Shown: positions 36,514-48,884 of the stretch, piece by piece
Position numbering within the stretch: the stretch's first letter is position 1
How the letters are laid out: every line of letters starts with the position of its first letter
Assembly: GCA_965645245.1 (NCBI GenBank)
Contig: OZ287084.1
Coordinates: 620,001 to 684,000 of the forward strand
Direction of reading: 5' to 3'
From: Massalongia carnosa
Taxonomy: Eukaryota
Length of the DNA: 64,000 nucleotides
Made by a program: the position numbers and the translations under genes
The notes under the pieces: generated by a model
Told to the model about the DNA's origin: nothing
Databases searched by the model: none
What the model saw: only the letters and a program-made list of their open reading frames with translations

Positions 36514-39500
36514 TTTGAGGTAGATATTAGTTTACTTTGGCTGATAAATCTGATGGATGGAATTAAAGCGCGAGAGAGTGATGGCGATGTTTGCGAAGAT
36601 GGAGTATTAAAGAGCGTAAGAGGGTTGATAAAAACGAGTGTAATCGGTGAAGACCGGGTTAATCTGGAACAAAAGTAATGTTGCTGATTTGAAGAAGGAA
36701 TTAATGAGGAGGGGAAGTGGTGAGCTTCTTATGCGAGATGCGAGATGCGAGATTTGCTCCCCTGAATTAAACGAAATCATGGAAATGCGGTCAGCATCAG
36801 ATGGCGCTAGGTACGGAGAGTGGCAAGCTAGGAGAAATCATTTTACTTCTCTTCTTCACCTTGTCGCCATATCACCAATGAGCGATATCTTCGTTACATT
36901 CACGGTACAGCGGTTGATGCGAATAGAACCCTTCCATGGCTCAGAGGAGAACCAATCTCCCCCGCATGGGCCTTTAATGCACTTATTCCACGGAGATCAT
37001 TTATTTTGTGGATGTGTACGGAGTACAGAGTGTACAGAGTACCGAGGATAGAGGAGGTACCAGGCAGTAGCTTCGTATATCGTATAAAGTAGGTTCTCGG
37101 TAGCTGACTGAGACGCTACTTGAAAATAGCTGGAAGAGGAGGGTAAAGCAGCGCCGGATTCATATTAACCCTAGCCTAAGTCGCACCAACCACAAGCTTC
37201 CTGCTGCATGTAATTTGTGCAGGCGCAAGCTTAAGCATACCGTTACTTAACAACTCATCCAGTCAAGCGCTGAGACACGAATGAGGGAAACAAATTATTT
37301 GGTCAACGGCGAATGGTGGCATAGATTGCGCTGAAGATGAATGGAGACCGATTCGGTCTCATTGGTTCAAGTAACTTCACGATACATGCATGACATATTT
37401 AGATACCCTCGCCAGTTCGTCCGCTGACCAATTGTTCCAAAGCGAACGTCCCTGATCACGAGGCATCCTCCTAGACTGTCCAAAGCTTCCAAATGACCAC
37501 CTTTCCGACTGGCCCAAGGACTGGCGCTTAGGAATAGGAAGACCATAGGTGGCAACTTGGAACGAGCGTGGCGTTCACAACAACTCAAATTCAAGCAAGG
37601 TTGCTCCTTACCTTTTTTCAAAGCAGCAATTTTACGCATGATCAAATCGGTCGTCTGAGTTTCCTACGGTAATTATGACAATCAAAGGGTGCTAGAAAGG
37701 GATCTTCAACTACAGCTTTAAAAAAGCCAGCACATCATTCCATTATCCTATTATCGTGCTCGTGTGCCTAATCTGACTTCCTCGTGATGATTCATACTTT
37801 TGGATCAACTCCATCAGTACTACCTCTGTACAGAGGTTACCAATCTGGGAAGTCTCCTATTTCAAGCTAGACCCACTGAGCCGCTACGTTTAATCATTTC
37901 TTACTTGTTTGTCGAGGCTGCTTTTGTGTCCCGAAATTACACGCTTTTGGAGCAGAGATGCCGGGTAATCTGCAGCTGTCCGGTTCAAGTTCGGTAAAGT
38001 GTACGGAGTACAGAGTACTCCATACATAAAGCTCGCTGGGCGGGCGCATGAAGCAGTGCAGAAGCTGTAAGAACCACGAGAGACCAGACTTAAGAGATGG
38101 CATGTCCCTAATCCTTTCGACTCGCCACCTGGAGTGGGCGACGTTCATGGAGGGTTCTTTGACATCGTCAGCCTCTTGGGCTTTGAGCCGAGCATTTTCA
38201 GTACCACGTAGCCAGGATTGGAGATGAATCGCAAATCTTCATCCTCTCACTTTCATGATCAGACGCCGTCGTTCCCGTCATGACAAAACATATCCGTGTC
38301 GCCAGTTCTTATTTGACTGTCGAGACTCCACTCTTGGCATCTTCTAGCTTCTCATCACATCACAGCTCCCTTTTATCTTAACACTCATAGCCCATGTCGT
38401 ATCGGTGACCTCATAAAGCAGGTAGTAATGCAAATCTCTTTTGGTCATAACAAGCCCTGTCAGTGCTGGAGTTGCTTTGCATCTAAAGCCGTTTTTTAGG
38501 TTCTGGAAGTCCGAAAGTCCGTTCAACCTGCGACTTTGACGCTCCTTGCCTGGCTCATCTTCATTTCTGCTTGTTACATGTTTTTCCAGACGAAAGTAAC
38601 TGCCTTGCTTCCAGTCAACCCTTGGCGCTCTGCTCCATTTTCGTCCTCTACCTCGCTGCTTTCTCAGGCCTTGACGCTCTCACGCCGTTCCTTACAAGTT
38701 TCAAGCTGAAAGGCTTGCATTGCGTTGACTAACTCAACTTCTATTGACGTTTCCTAGGCTCTCGCTAGGTTTACTTCTAACGCTCTCTACCCTCTTGCTC
38801 CCGTTTTTAAGGATGGCACGGGTACCTCGCAGTCCCCAGTGGTTCTATAGGGAGACCTACTCACAACGCTCATGTCACCAGGATACACCTCGTGTCATCC
38901 CCGACACAACTTCTCTAACCCAATACCCTCCTAGCTAACTCTTTCCTTTGGAAACGCTTCATCCAACCCCTTCCTCATGCCACCATTTCACGATTCCCCT
39001 CTCTCCATGCCCAGTCCCGACTTCCACATCTTACAAACAGGTTCGATTGACCCTTAACCTTTCGTCGCTTTTCCCAAGGCAAGAGCTCAAACCCCTTCCG
39101 CATCCATGTTTCATACTCTGCACACAGATCCAATTTTTGTCTCAGTAATAAGAACCCTTCTCCTCCCATTGCGAGCAGCAGCACATATCCGCCTTATTCT
39201 CTTGAAGGGTGGTTCATGGCTAGTTTCTTCCTGGCATGAGAATTGTGTATTTAATGCGACTCACTAGTCGCTAGTTACAATAGTTATCGTTGCCAGCACC
39301 TTGATCTCGACGATCTATTTTCGTCCCTTTAGCCTCACTGCTTTCATTATTTACATCTTGCTCCTCAAACCCTTCTCTGCATTCTCTCATCTTCAGCATC
39401 CCTCCTTTCCTCAACCTCGTTCATCATTCATCCTTCCCCTACCTGACCTCCCCGTTATTCCCCCTACCACCCGGTCCCTACGTCCTCCCTAGGCCCATAC

Positions 39501-40748
39501 CTCTATCCATCAACCAAACATAACAAATGAACAGGCGAGGCCTTAAGACCCAAATCTTAAATCATGTGCATACTATTTAAAGTATGCTTGATGGTTACAC
39601 AGCCAGAGTTTGTATGTCGGATCTGGCGACCATGAGATACTGTTGACGGATATGGGAAACAAACTCCGGTAGATACTCAATATCCATGCTAGCTCGAATC
39701 GGCTCAAACAGGCAATTCCGTCGTCAACGCAGTACTAACTATGTTCAGCTGAGCCTGCTCTGTTGATTGCTAGAAGATAAAATGGCACGGGCATATACCC
39801 AGCTATGAGACATGAAAACAACAAATGACACATTAGCCAGTATGATTTAGGATAGTTGATGATGTTACCAACAGACCGTTAGTCTAAAATCCGGTGCACA
39901 GGCTACTTCTAGGTGAAGCTGGCGTAATCAAGATTACGACTTCTAACTTTCTGTCATGGGATTTGGCTGCTTACTAAACCCAAAGCTGTAAAGTTGATGC
40001 AGTTACTACAGCTGGGTCAATATGTGAATCCAAGTTTTGCTCATTGATATTTTCTAAGCACAAGTTAAACCATCATTGTACAAGGAATAACTATAATGGG
40101 TGTGTGTAAGGATATTGATAGAAGCAAACCGAAAGGTTCCGCTAGCTAATGAAACAGACACAACCACATGGCTAAGAGTAAACGTTTCGTGACATAATTT
40201 AGACGTAAAGTGTCAGAATTGTTCAACACAATTGAGTTAGAAAACGGAAAAATTTGAGATGCAGGAGTTGAAAAAGATTTGATGAGATGTTGCTAAGTGA
40301 GCACCAATGAACTGAACATCGATCCGTTTTTGCTAACTAAACTAACAATACCATGTCTAAGAAGGTCATCAGCATTTGTGGAAAATTCACCAAGATCCAA
40401 TATCTTTGCGCGTTACACAAACACATCCAATCAGAAAGTCTCAGATTGTCCCTCTAAAGGTGGTGAATTGGACTCGGAACATGTCAGCATCGTCCACGTT
40501 GAAAGGCTGACGCCAAGCAAGTGAGAGCTGCGGATGTCGTAGAAGTCATCTCATCATCTTGGATTTAGTTTGTGTGAGGAGAGAAGGTTGGTCGTCCGGC
40601 CACAATGGAAGTGAAGTTATTACAACTAGCGCCACGGCTTAATTAGCCGAGAGCCGGGGGTCGGGGCATCAGAATGACGTACGGAAAAATGGGATATCAA
40701 TGATACAAATTCAAAGGCGTTTAGCTCCTATTTACCTACTCAGTCGAG

Positions 40749-42560
40749 ATGAATCTCTCTCGATGTCTTCAATCTACTCCTCGGAGACATTTAATTCAGA
40801 CGATACAATATCCCAAATTTCCTAGAAGCCGAACTACTTCTCTACCGCGATGGCATATCCAACGGATGATGGCGTCTACGAGCGCCGAGAATCAGCACAA
40901 GGTACGGCTAGCTATCATGATGAGAGACTGAGTAAGAAACTATAATTAAGATCGTTCTAGCTTCTTGCAGCCGACCTGGAGGAAGCGGATCCCGCCGTTT
41001 ATGATATCATCCAAAAAGTAATTAGGCAATAGTCTCATCCTCCTTCCACATCATGCGCGAAGAGGTGCTAAGACTTTGGGAATAGGAAAAAAGGCGACAA
41101 AAGCATTTTATCAATCTCATTCCATCAGAGAATTTCACCTCCCAAGCGGTACTTGATGCTTTGGGGAGTGTGATGCAAAGTATGCATAACCTCGCGCCAA
41201 ATATCATCTTATCAGGCTCATTCGTCTTCAGATAAATATTCTGAAGGATATCCGGGTGCACGATATTATGGAGGAAATGAGCATATTGATGAGGCAGAAC
41301 GTCTTTGTCAGAAACGAGCATTGGAGGTGTTTGGATTGAAGGAGAGCGAATGGGGTGTAAATGTACAGCGTGTGTAAAAACATTCAGAAGGCCCTTGATA
41401 AAGGCTGATATGACGTTATAGCTCTTTCTGGATCGCCCGCAAATCTTTACGCCTATTCTGCTCTTCTTAACTGCCATGATCGCATTATGGGACTGGACCT
41501 CCCCCATGGCGGGCATTTATCTCACGGCTACCAAACGCCAAGCAAGAAGATATCAGCGATTTCGAAATATTTTGAGACTTTGCCATATCGACTGGATGAG
41601 AAGACAGGTCTGATAGATTACCTGAAGCTCCAAGATCTAGCGACACTCTACCGCCCAAAGATTATCATTGCTGGAACATCTGCGTACAGCAGGCTGATCG
41701 ACTACGAACGCATGCGAGAGATTGCCAATAAAGTAGGAGCCTATCTTTTGAGCGATATGGCGCATATTTCGGGGCTCGTTGCTGCCGGGGTTATTCCATC
41801 GCCTTTTGCCCACTCAGATGTCGTTACAACCACAACCCACAAGTCATTACGAGGTCCTCGTGGTGCCATGATCTTTTTCAGAAAGGGAATTCGAAGGGTC
41901 GATAAAAAAGGTGTTGAAGAGATGTATGATCTGGAAGGTCTAATCAACTCTTCTGTATTCCCGGGCCACCAGGGTGGGCCTCATAATCACACTATCACTG
42001 CGCTTGCTGTAGCACTCCATCAAGCTCAGAGTCGAGAGTTTAAAGAGTATCAGAAAACAGTGCTTTTGAATGCCAAAGCCTTGGCTGAGCGCCTGGGAAA
42101 ACCCAAGGACAAAGGCGGTTTGGGTTACACCATTGTTGGAGGGGGTACCGATAATCACCTAGTGCTTATTGATCTCAAAAATCGTGGTATCGACGGCGCC
42201 CGTGTAGAGCGTGTTCTTGAACTCGTTAGTGTTGCAAGTAATAAGAACACGGTTCCTGGGGATATATCAGCTATGAAGCCTGGTGGCCTACGGATGGGCT
42301 CACCTGCTATGACTACCCGAGGCTTGCTACCCGAAGATTTTGTTCGAGTCGCTGATGTTGTCGATCGTGCAGTTACTATTGCGCAAAACCTAGATAAAAA
42401 GGCCAAGGACGAGTCCGCGGCACAAGGGAGGAAGAATCCGGGAAGCGTGAAGGCCTTCTTGGACTTTATCGGTGATGGTAACGACTTTCGAGAGATTGTG
42501 GAGCTGAGACGAGAGGTGGAAGAGTGGATTGGAACCTTCAGTCTTCCATGGATTAAATGA
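40749..42560 (+). CDS. SHM1: Serine hydroxymethyltransferase with mitochondrial presequence, ~526 aa; exons 40749-40901, 40961-41017, 41086-41179, 41232-41369, 41422-42560
   Basis: [63 protein letters not shown] (PLP lysine) and GGTDNH. Arg/Ser-rich N-terminus without acidic residues. Four in-frame GT-AG introns. Confidence 0.96.
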
Positions 42561-44231
42561 TTATACTAGCCACTATCGATTTCTGATGGTTTTCAAGTGA
42601 ACGTGGCATTGTCTCTGGTTTAGGAACTTCATCGAAAGGCGCTAGTCTGGCGCTCGATTCTGCATACTTATCATCAGTTATTTGCTAGTTTCTAATCGTG
42701 AAATGGCATGTACAGGAGGGCGGAAATTTCATATAGGTGCCGGTCAGTGTCAACGCTTGGATCTTTCATCAGATCTATTGTTAGCATAAATACCTCTATC
42801 CTCCTCTTCCAAACCAGATTCTCTTTTTTCGAATTTTACACATCTTGCTCCCCTAACTAAAAAATACCCACCACTTTTCCTTATACACTCGTCCCTCTTT
42901 ACTATACCCGCAACTCGACTCCTGGAATCTAAAGGCTTACAGTGTAGCGCCTGCAGTTACGTTGATGGGCAAACACTACCAACCCCCAAACCATACTTCT
43001 TAGCTAACCCTACGAGGGAAGAGTGGACTTTTGGCGGAACTTCTGATGTGGCAAGAATTCTCTTTGGTATAATACGCTCGATTCGACTTGCTAGAATACT
43101 CGCAACTCCGTTGATAGGTTTACTCTGAGTGAGGTGCAATCTCTAAGATTGCTATATGCTAGATGCTCCTTTTCTTGTTCTGCTAGATTTTCTAGATCAG
43201 TATTACAGGATTGAGTATAGGCAGAGAAATTTAGCTCGAAAGGAAGTTGCTGCTCATGCTTGAAGGAAGGTTGCTGCTCAGAAGAAAAGAAGAGGCCAGA
43301 AGTTACGGCTAAAATCAAGAGACACTATATTTATAATAAATGGTTAAGCGCGAGGCTAAAAACCGCCAGCGGGAGAAAATGCGCACTGAAGCATTAAGCC
43401 CCTTTCTCAGCCATAGGAGTTACTGTTAAGGGTATCAGCTATTGAAGACTTCATTTTTATTTATATATTACATTGAATAAAACTCCCCTTTGCTCATTAG
43501 CCATAAAATGGCTCCAGTCTATCTGGGGCTACTGCTATTTAAGTTAGCTTCGGCACGGCCCGTTCCTAAGCCGTTAGATCCAATTAAGTACCTGGGACTA
43601 CGACTCTCCATAAATCCTAATCAATACCCTAATCCTCAGAAGCCATCATAAAAAGACCAGGTAAATGAAAGGGTAGGAAGAACGAAAAATGTTTGGCAAC
43701 TTAACGGCTTTCAGTAGGTAGATGAACGTTTTGTTACGTTTAGTTCGTTTTTCGTATATTATATAATCCATTAAGAGCGAGTATTTTCTTGAAAGTATAT
43801 TTCATCAGGGCAAAAAAACTGTCTAGGAACTTCAATTCTCTTCACAATAATATCCTCGTTAGCTTTCATCTTCGTTAACTATGGAGGATTTGGATCCTTC
43901 TCCTGGAGCGGTCTCACCCATCGTCGAGGCACCTCCATCTCGAAGGCATGGCATGATTTGCTTTCTATAGTTGGCGCTACCGTGGTCGACGGCTTCCTTA
44001 AAATCTACAAGGGCAGATATCATTTGTGTGAAAGAGTTTACACATTGTCGGAGTAATTCTCTTCTAGAAACGTCGAATCACCTATCCCGGCTAATGCCCC
44101 CTAAGCGCATTTAAACACGCTAGGTTGTGAATTCATCATCGTCTTTCTATATCACTACACAAACTATCAAAACATACTGAGCTACGCCTTTCAAAAGACT
44201 TGCGAAACGACTCAGGAAAGAATTTTAGTAG

Positions 44232-45977
44232 ATGCTAACATCTTTCACTACAGAGCCTCAAGGGGACGAGCGCAAGCCTCGGGTAGCTCCGGCACCTCCA
44301 ACGCCAGTTCAGCTTCCTCTGGTCCCATCACCTAGTGCGCTGAGCCCAGCAAACCACACGGTTAGCGAGATCTCCCAGCTCTTCCTAAAGATTCATAAGA
44401 CTGGGCCCTCCATAGAACACATTAAGGCTCTGAACATTGGCTCCGTCACCGAGATCAGCCTTGAGCAACTGCTGCCAGAGGGTCACCTCCCACCGAGAGC
44501 ATGGCAAGCTGATCATGACACGGCTGATGGCTCCATCATCGTCCCCGCTCCACCGCCATCTACCAGAACGCTCAGCAATGGCACGCCACAACCCAGCCAC
44601 GATATATTTTCTTCCCGTTCAAAAGAGCTGTTGGTGGACAATGAAGATGCGTTTCGGCTTATAGAGAGGAAGCCGGCTTTGGAGGGCAAGCCATCGGTTC
44701 GACTGGCATACTTTCGCAAGTTCTGGGACGGGCTTTCACAGATTGCGGATTACTGGGACACTACCTTAGAAGAATATACGAACAATGCGACTAATATAAA
44801 TCAAGATACTATGGAAATTGACCAACCGCAACCAAAGGCCAAGGCAGCCAAAGATGAAAACAATATACTTGCTGAAAACGAAAAGCAGGAATACACAGGT
44901 CGCCGCATCGGTACCGGGAAAGACATGCCGTCAAAACACCGTGAAGATACTGTCTACTCATTCGTCGAGGCTATCGCATTCGCGTTTCGCTGCCGAGTTG
45001 AGAAGCCTCGGATGGAGCCAAAGGTGAAACTGCACAATCTATTCATCCCTCTTCTTCAGACAGGAACTGTCTATCGCTACCCTAAAGATGCCCAGCAAGC
45101 TCGACGTGGGGTTTTGGAAGGTCCGGTAATGGCCATTCAGTGCAGCAATCAAACAATCTTCAACCGACCTGGAGAATTTGAGGGCATAGGTCAAAGCGAA
45201 GTTGCGAATCTACTGCGCGAAGTAGGATTGATGTTGAGCATAGCCCAGAAACGATTTAGGGACGGGGACAAGGAGCCTAGCGCGGATGAGGCATCGTGGT
45301 GGATCAGCAAACCCAGGTGGGGAGGCGGGGCAGGGGGAGAAATCGGCCTTTCGGAAGAGAACACTGCAAGTAAAGAAGTGGAATACAAATTGCCTTTCAT
45401 GCATGACTCACACAGCGGAGGGAAAAGCAAACCTGATAGTATGGACCTAAATAAGCCAAGCGTTGGGAGTGATAGATCATCGAGAAAGCAAGATTCGACG
45501 TCCACAAGAGAGGACTCGGAAGGCTCGGCCAAAGGCCGAAAGCGCACGAAACGCTCTAGTGCCGTTGCTAACTGGCGAAGCCTCCAGCCAGCACCATCTA
45601 CATGGGAGAAAAATATCCTCTACAAACCAGTTGGCAAGCCCAAAACCGCCCCGTTCGATGATGTAAGTTCCTACCAACCTGCCCTCTTGTGGTGGAAACA
45701 CGCTGAAAGTTCGAAACCCCAGATCTACCTTGTCTCTTCCCTTAACCACCACATCTCCCTCGTCCACCTGCGCGTGCATTCTCAGTACATCGAGCACCTC
45801 AACGCCACCACCCCTCCCAGCGGTGTCATCCCCGCGCTGCAGCCGTCGTGGATTCTAGATGTCCGACGTTCGCGGTGGTTCGATTTTTTGAACAAGGAGG
45901 ATCGGGTGCAGGCTATGAGGGGGGTATGGGGCGCGATGTCTTATTTGATGCGAGATTTGGGGGAGGAGGGTGTTTGA
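44232..45977 (+). CDS. Conserved fungal hypothetical protein (~560-580 aa); probable intron 45663-45722 and probable upstream exon
   Basis: A 581-codon ORF with family-like motifs (FRKFWDGL...YWDT, GRRIGTG, WWISKPRWGGG, DD|IYLVSSLNHHISL, RRSRWFDF). GCTAAC...CAG at 44234-44253 suggests the true start lies in an upstream exon. Confidence 0.8.
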   Translation: MLTSFTTEPQGDERKPRVAPAPPTPVQLPLVPSPSALSPANHTVSEISQLFLKIHKTGPSIEHIKALNIGSVTEISLEQLLPEGHLPPRAWQADHDTADGSIIVPAPPPSTRTLSNGTPQPSHDIFSSRSKELLVDNEDAFRLIERKPALEGKPSVRLAYFRKFWDGLSQIADYWDTTLEEYTNNATNINQDTMEIDQPQPKAKAAKDENNILAENEKQEYTGRRIGTGKDMPSKHREDTVYSFVEAIAFAFRCRVEKPRMEPKVKLHNLFIPLLQTGTVYRYPKDAQQARRGVLEGPVMAIQCSNQTIFNRPGEFEGIGQSEVANLLREVGLMLSIAQKRFRDGDKEPSADEASWWISKPRWGGGAGGEIGLSEENTASKEVEYKLPFMHDSHSGGKSKPDSMDLNKPSVGSDRSSRKQDSTSTREDSEGSAKGRKRTKRSSAVANWRSLQPAPSTWEKNILYKPVGKPKTAPFDDVSSYQPALLWWKHAESSKPQIYLVSSLNHHISLVHLRVHSQYIEHLNATTPPSGVIPALQPSWILDVRRSRWFDFLNKEDRVQAMRGVWGAMSYLMRDLGEEGV

Positions 45978-47250
45978 TGGGAGTGCATTTCAGACAATAT
46001 AGTTACGGTGCAGGTTGGCTTAGGGTGACCGAGAAGGATGTTTTCGGTACAAATGATCTGACCTGCTGCGGATAGTCGGTCTTTAGGCTTTGGTAGGACT
46101 TGACGCAAGAGGGCGTTGTTCTTTACGCGGGACAGCCACTTGATTGTTAGCCTTTTCGATCTGCCCTCTCCATCCAGTTTATAGGAGGAGATTCACATGT
46201 CGTTTCGGATTTCGGGGACTTTCCCTTCTTAACAGCCGTGCTGGGTTAACTGCAGCTTTTGGAAATCATCATGAGGAGGATATTCAATAATAATAGTAAT
46301 TTCCTTTTGTGCTCCCGTCCAAAAAGCCGCGTCATACTCGGCTACGGCCATTGCCATCATGCTTCTATCCCTTCCCATCTCTTTCTTTCGTTCGCTATCT
46401 CTGTAAGTTCTCTTCATCATCATCTACCCCTTCTTCTCTCTCCTATCTATCTACCTATGTACCTTACCCATCGAGTAATAAGTAGGAAAAGAAAAAAAAG
46501 GAAGAAAGGATATGAGAACATATACAAAACACGATAGGGATCGAGGAGATATGGAAGAAACGGAGAGTGTGGAGATAGGGGTGAGTGGGTGTATTGGTAT
46601 GTAATGGGAAAGTGGCCGAAGTGGTTATTTGTTTTGTTTCTTTTTCTTTTTGATCGTTGTTTGAGCATTGATATTCATTAATCCATCTTCTCTTCTTGAT
46701 TTCCCTTCCTAGACTTTTCTTCTTTCTTTTCAATTCCTTCTCTTCCCTTCCCTTCTCACATAATCTTTCTCCCCCCCCCACCCAACTCTTTACTTTTTTT
46801 CCATCAGCTATATTCAGTCCATCTATCCTATCTCCTCATATCATATCACATCAATCTTTCCCGAGAACGAGAAATATACGGGAAAGATGAAAGTAGGAGA
46901 GTTACCTATTAGATTGAAGAATAGAAGACGAAGGAAGGAACTCCTGAAGAAAATATACAACCCTCTCGAAATCTTCCCTCTTGGAGAATCGGAAAAAAGG
47001 ATGGATGTATGAACGAGAAGAGAAAAGTTAAACCAATACTCGAAGAAACCCCCCATCCAATAAATCCATGAATCACAACCAAAAAACAAAACAAAACAAA
47101 ACTCGGTTCCTCGCCAAACGAATATTAGATGCTAGATATACTATATATACTAGCCAACGTGCACATAAAATCAACCAAACTTATCAACCAACCAAACCCC
47201 CTCTATATATCTCGTACCCTCTTTCCCATCTCATATACCCCCTCCCCCTC

Positions 47251-47547
47251 CTAACTCCCCCAATACTTAACCCCCCATTCCCACTCCTCCTCCTCCCTCT
47301 CGTTTCCAGTACCACCTTCCTCACCATAGCCACCACCGTAACCCTCACTCTCACCCTCACCACCACCACCATCATAATCACCATAACAGTCATTTCCCGC
47401 CCCGTCCAAGTCCAGCCGGCAAGCGCTGCAGCTGTGGCCGATCATGCAGTCGGCATATTCAAGGTAGCACGGTTCCGTGGTGCAGAAGACGGTGAGGTCG
47501 TTGTCGGTGCAGCCGCAGGTGTAGGAGAGCGTGGTTGTTAGGCACAT
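47251..47547 (-). CDS. Small Cys-rich protein with acidic/Gly tail, 98 aa
   Basis: MC-x8-CGC-x8-C-x2-EPC-x12-CxxC, good start context (aaaacaATG) and a paralogue at 63112. Confidence 0.65.
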   Translation of the reverse strand: MCLTTTLSYTCGCTDNDLTVFCTTEPCYLEYADCMIGHSCSACRLDLDGAGNDCYGDYDGGGGEGESEGYGGGYGEEGGTGNEREEEEWEWGVKYWGS

Positions 47548-48160
47548 TGTTTTTTGTTTTTTTTTTTTTGGAAGGGGGAGTTTGGTTTTGGGGGGGGGGG
47601 GAAGATTTTGGAAGGGAGTTGGAATAACTATGGGATGTGGTATGAATGGGTGAACGGATGGGAGTGTGAAGAGTTGGGGATATATGATAAGGTACGGGTA
47701 TTTATAAGCATGGATATTTTTGGAATTTTATTGTTATTTTTAGTGCGTGAGAGAGAGACATAGAAGGAAAGAAAGAGCGGGAAACAAAAGCATTCATCTC
47801 GAACAAAGAATCTGGCAAAACCTTCCTCCGGTCCCTCCTCACCGGCCGAACAAAGACCATTCGTCGCGCGGTATTGAAAAGAGAGGGGTTTCGATTAGGA
47901 AAACAAATGTTATTCTGTCGCGAGGGGTTTTTCTTTCGATCAAGTTTCTTCAAGAGATGTTGATCTCTAGATCAGACAGAAATCCCCTCAGACCAAAGCG
48001 ATAGGAATCCAAGGAGGAAATCGGTATCAGTCCCTTTGCAGAAACCGCTCCCCCATTGCCTTTGTTGATTCTCCGCAACATTAAATCCTGCGAATGAACC
48101 CCGAACCATGACGTTGAAACTGGGGTTTAAAGTAGAAAGAGAAAGAGGGGGATAAAAAGA

Positions 48161-48884
48161 GGGTTGCGCTATCCGTACACCCTCTTTTACAGTTCGTACA
48201 CCCCTCCTCTTTACAATTCATGCATCCCTCCCCGCGAATACTCGAAGCTCAGACCTCGATCAGAACTTTAGAAATTGGTAAAATATTTCACGAAGTTTGT
48301 CACTCCCATCATCATTTTAATTTATTACCATCTCCATAAATTTTGATCATGAATTTTTGTCCTTCTAATGATCAGTTCTATTCTTCACTTGATAATCTTG
48401 TTGCGAACGTCAATCTACATGCCCGCTTCTGAGAGACAAAATGAGAGATGAAATGATTTCTCAATCGACATCAATCCACTTCTAAAGATTGATAATTCGA
48501 CAGTTATAAAGACGAAAAGTCGTTCATCTGATGCAAAGAACAAACGCATTCGTCATGAAGCTGTCTTTGAGGATTAGCGGAACGAAAGTGATGCAAGAGC
48601 AAGAAAAAAATATGAACGAGGTGGAAGAGACGAAAGAAGTGAAAAAAGAAGTAGAGGTGAACGAAATGATAGAGATGAACAAGATGATAGAAATAATGAG
48701 CGATGATAGAAATAATGAGCGACAAGAAGAAAATGATCCGAGACCCTGCATTTTAAGACGAAAACGATTTCTGAAATTCTGATTGATGGAGGTCTTAGCT
48801 CCGAGTACACGAGAAGAAAAGAAGTGTACGAATTGTAAAGGGGTGGTACGAACTGTAAAAAGGGGTGTATGGATAGCGGGACCC
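48161..48884 (+). mobile_element. Non-autonomous DNA transposon (Mutator-like deletion derivative), 724 bp, ~120-bp imperfect TIRs, 8-bp TSD TAAAAAGA
   Basis: The left end gggttgcgctatccgtacaccctcttttacagttcgtac... matches the reverse complement of the right end gggtcccgctatccatacacccctttttacagttcgtac.... TAAAAAGA lies at 48153-48160 and 48885-48892. An internal remnant VIKTKSRSSDAKNKR resembles the KGRPxGxKNK tail of fungal MULE transposases. Confidence 0.85.

Noticed and set aside
42957..43318. TpA-rich stretch with two short minus-strand ORFs, possible decayed gene or element
   Set aside because: No identifiable homology or terminal structures.
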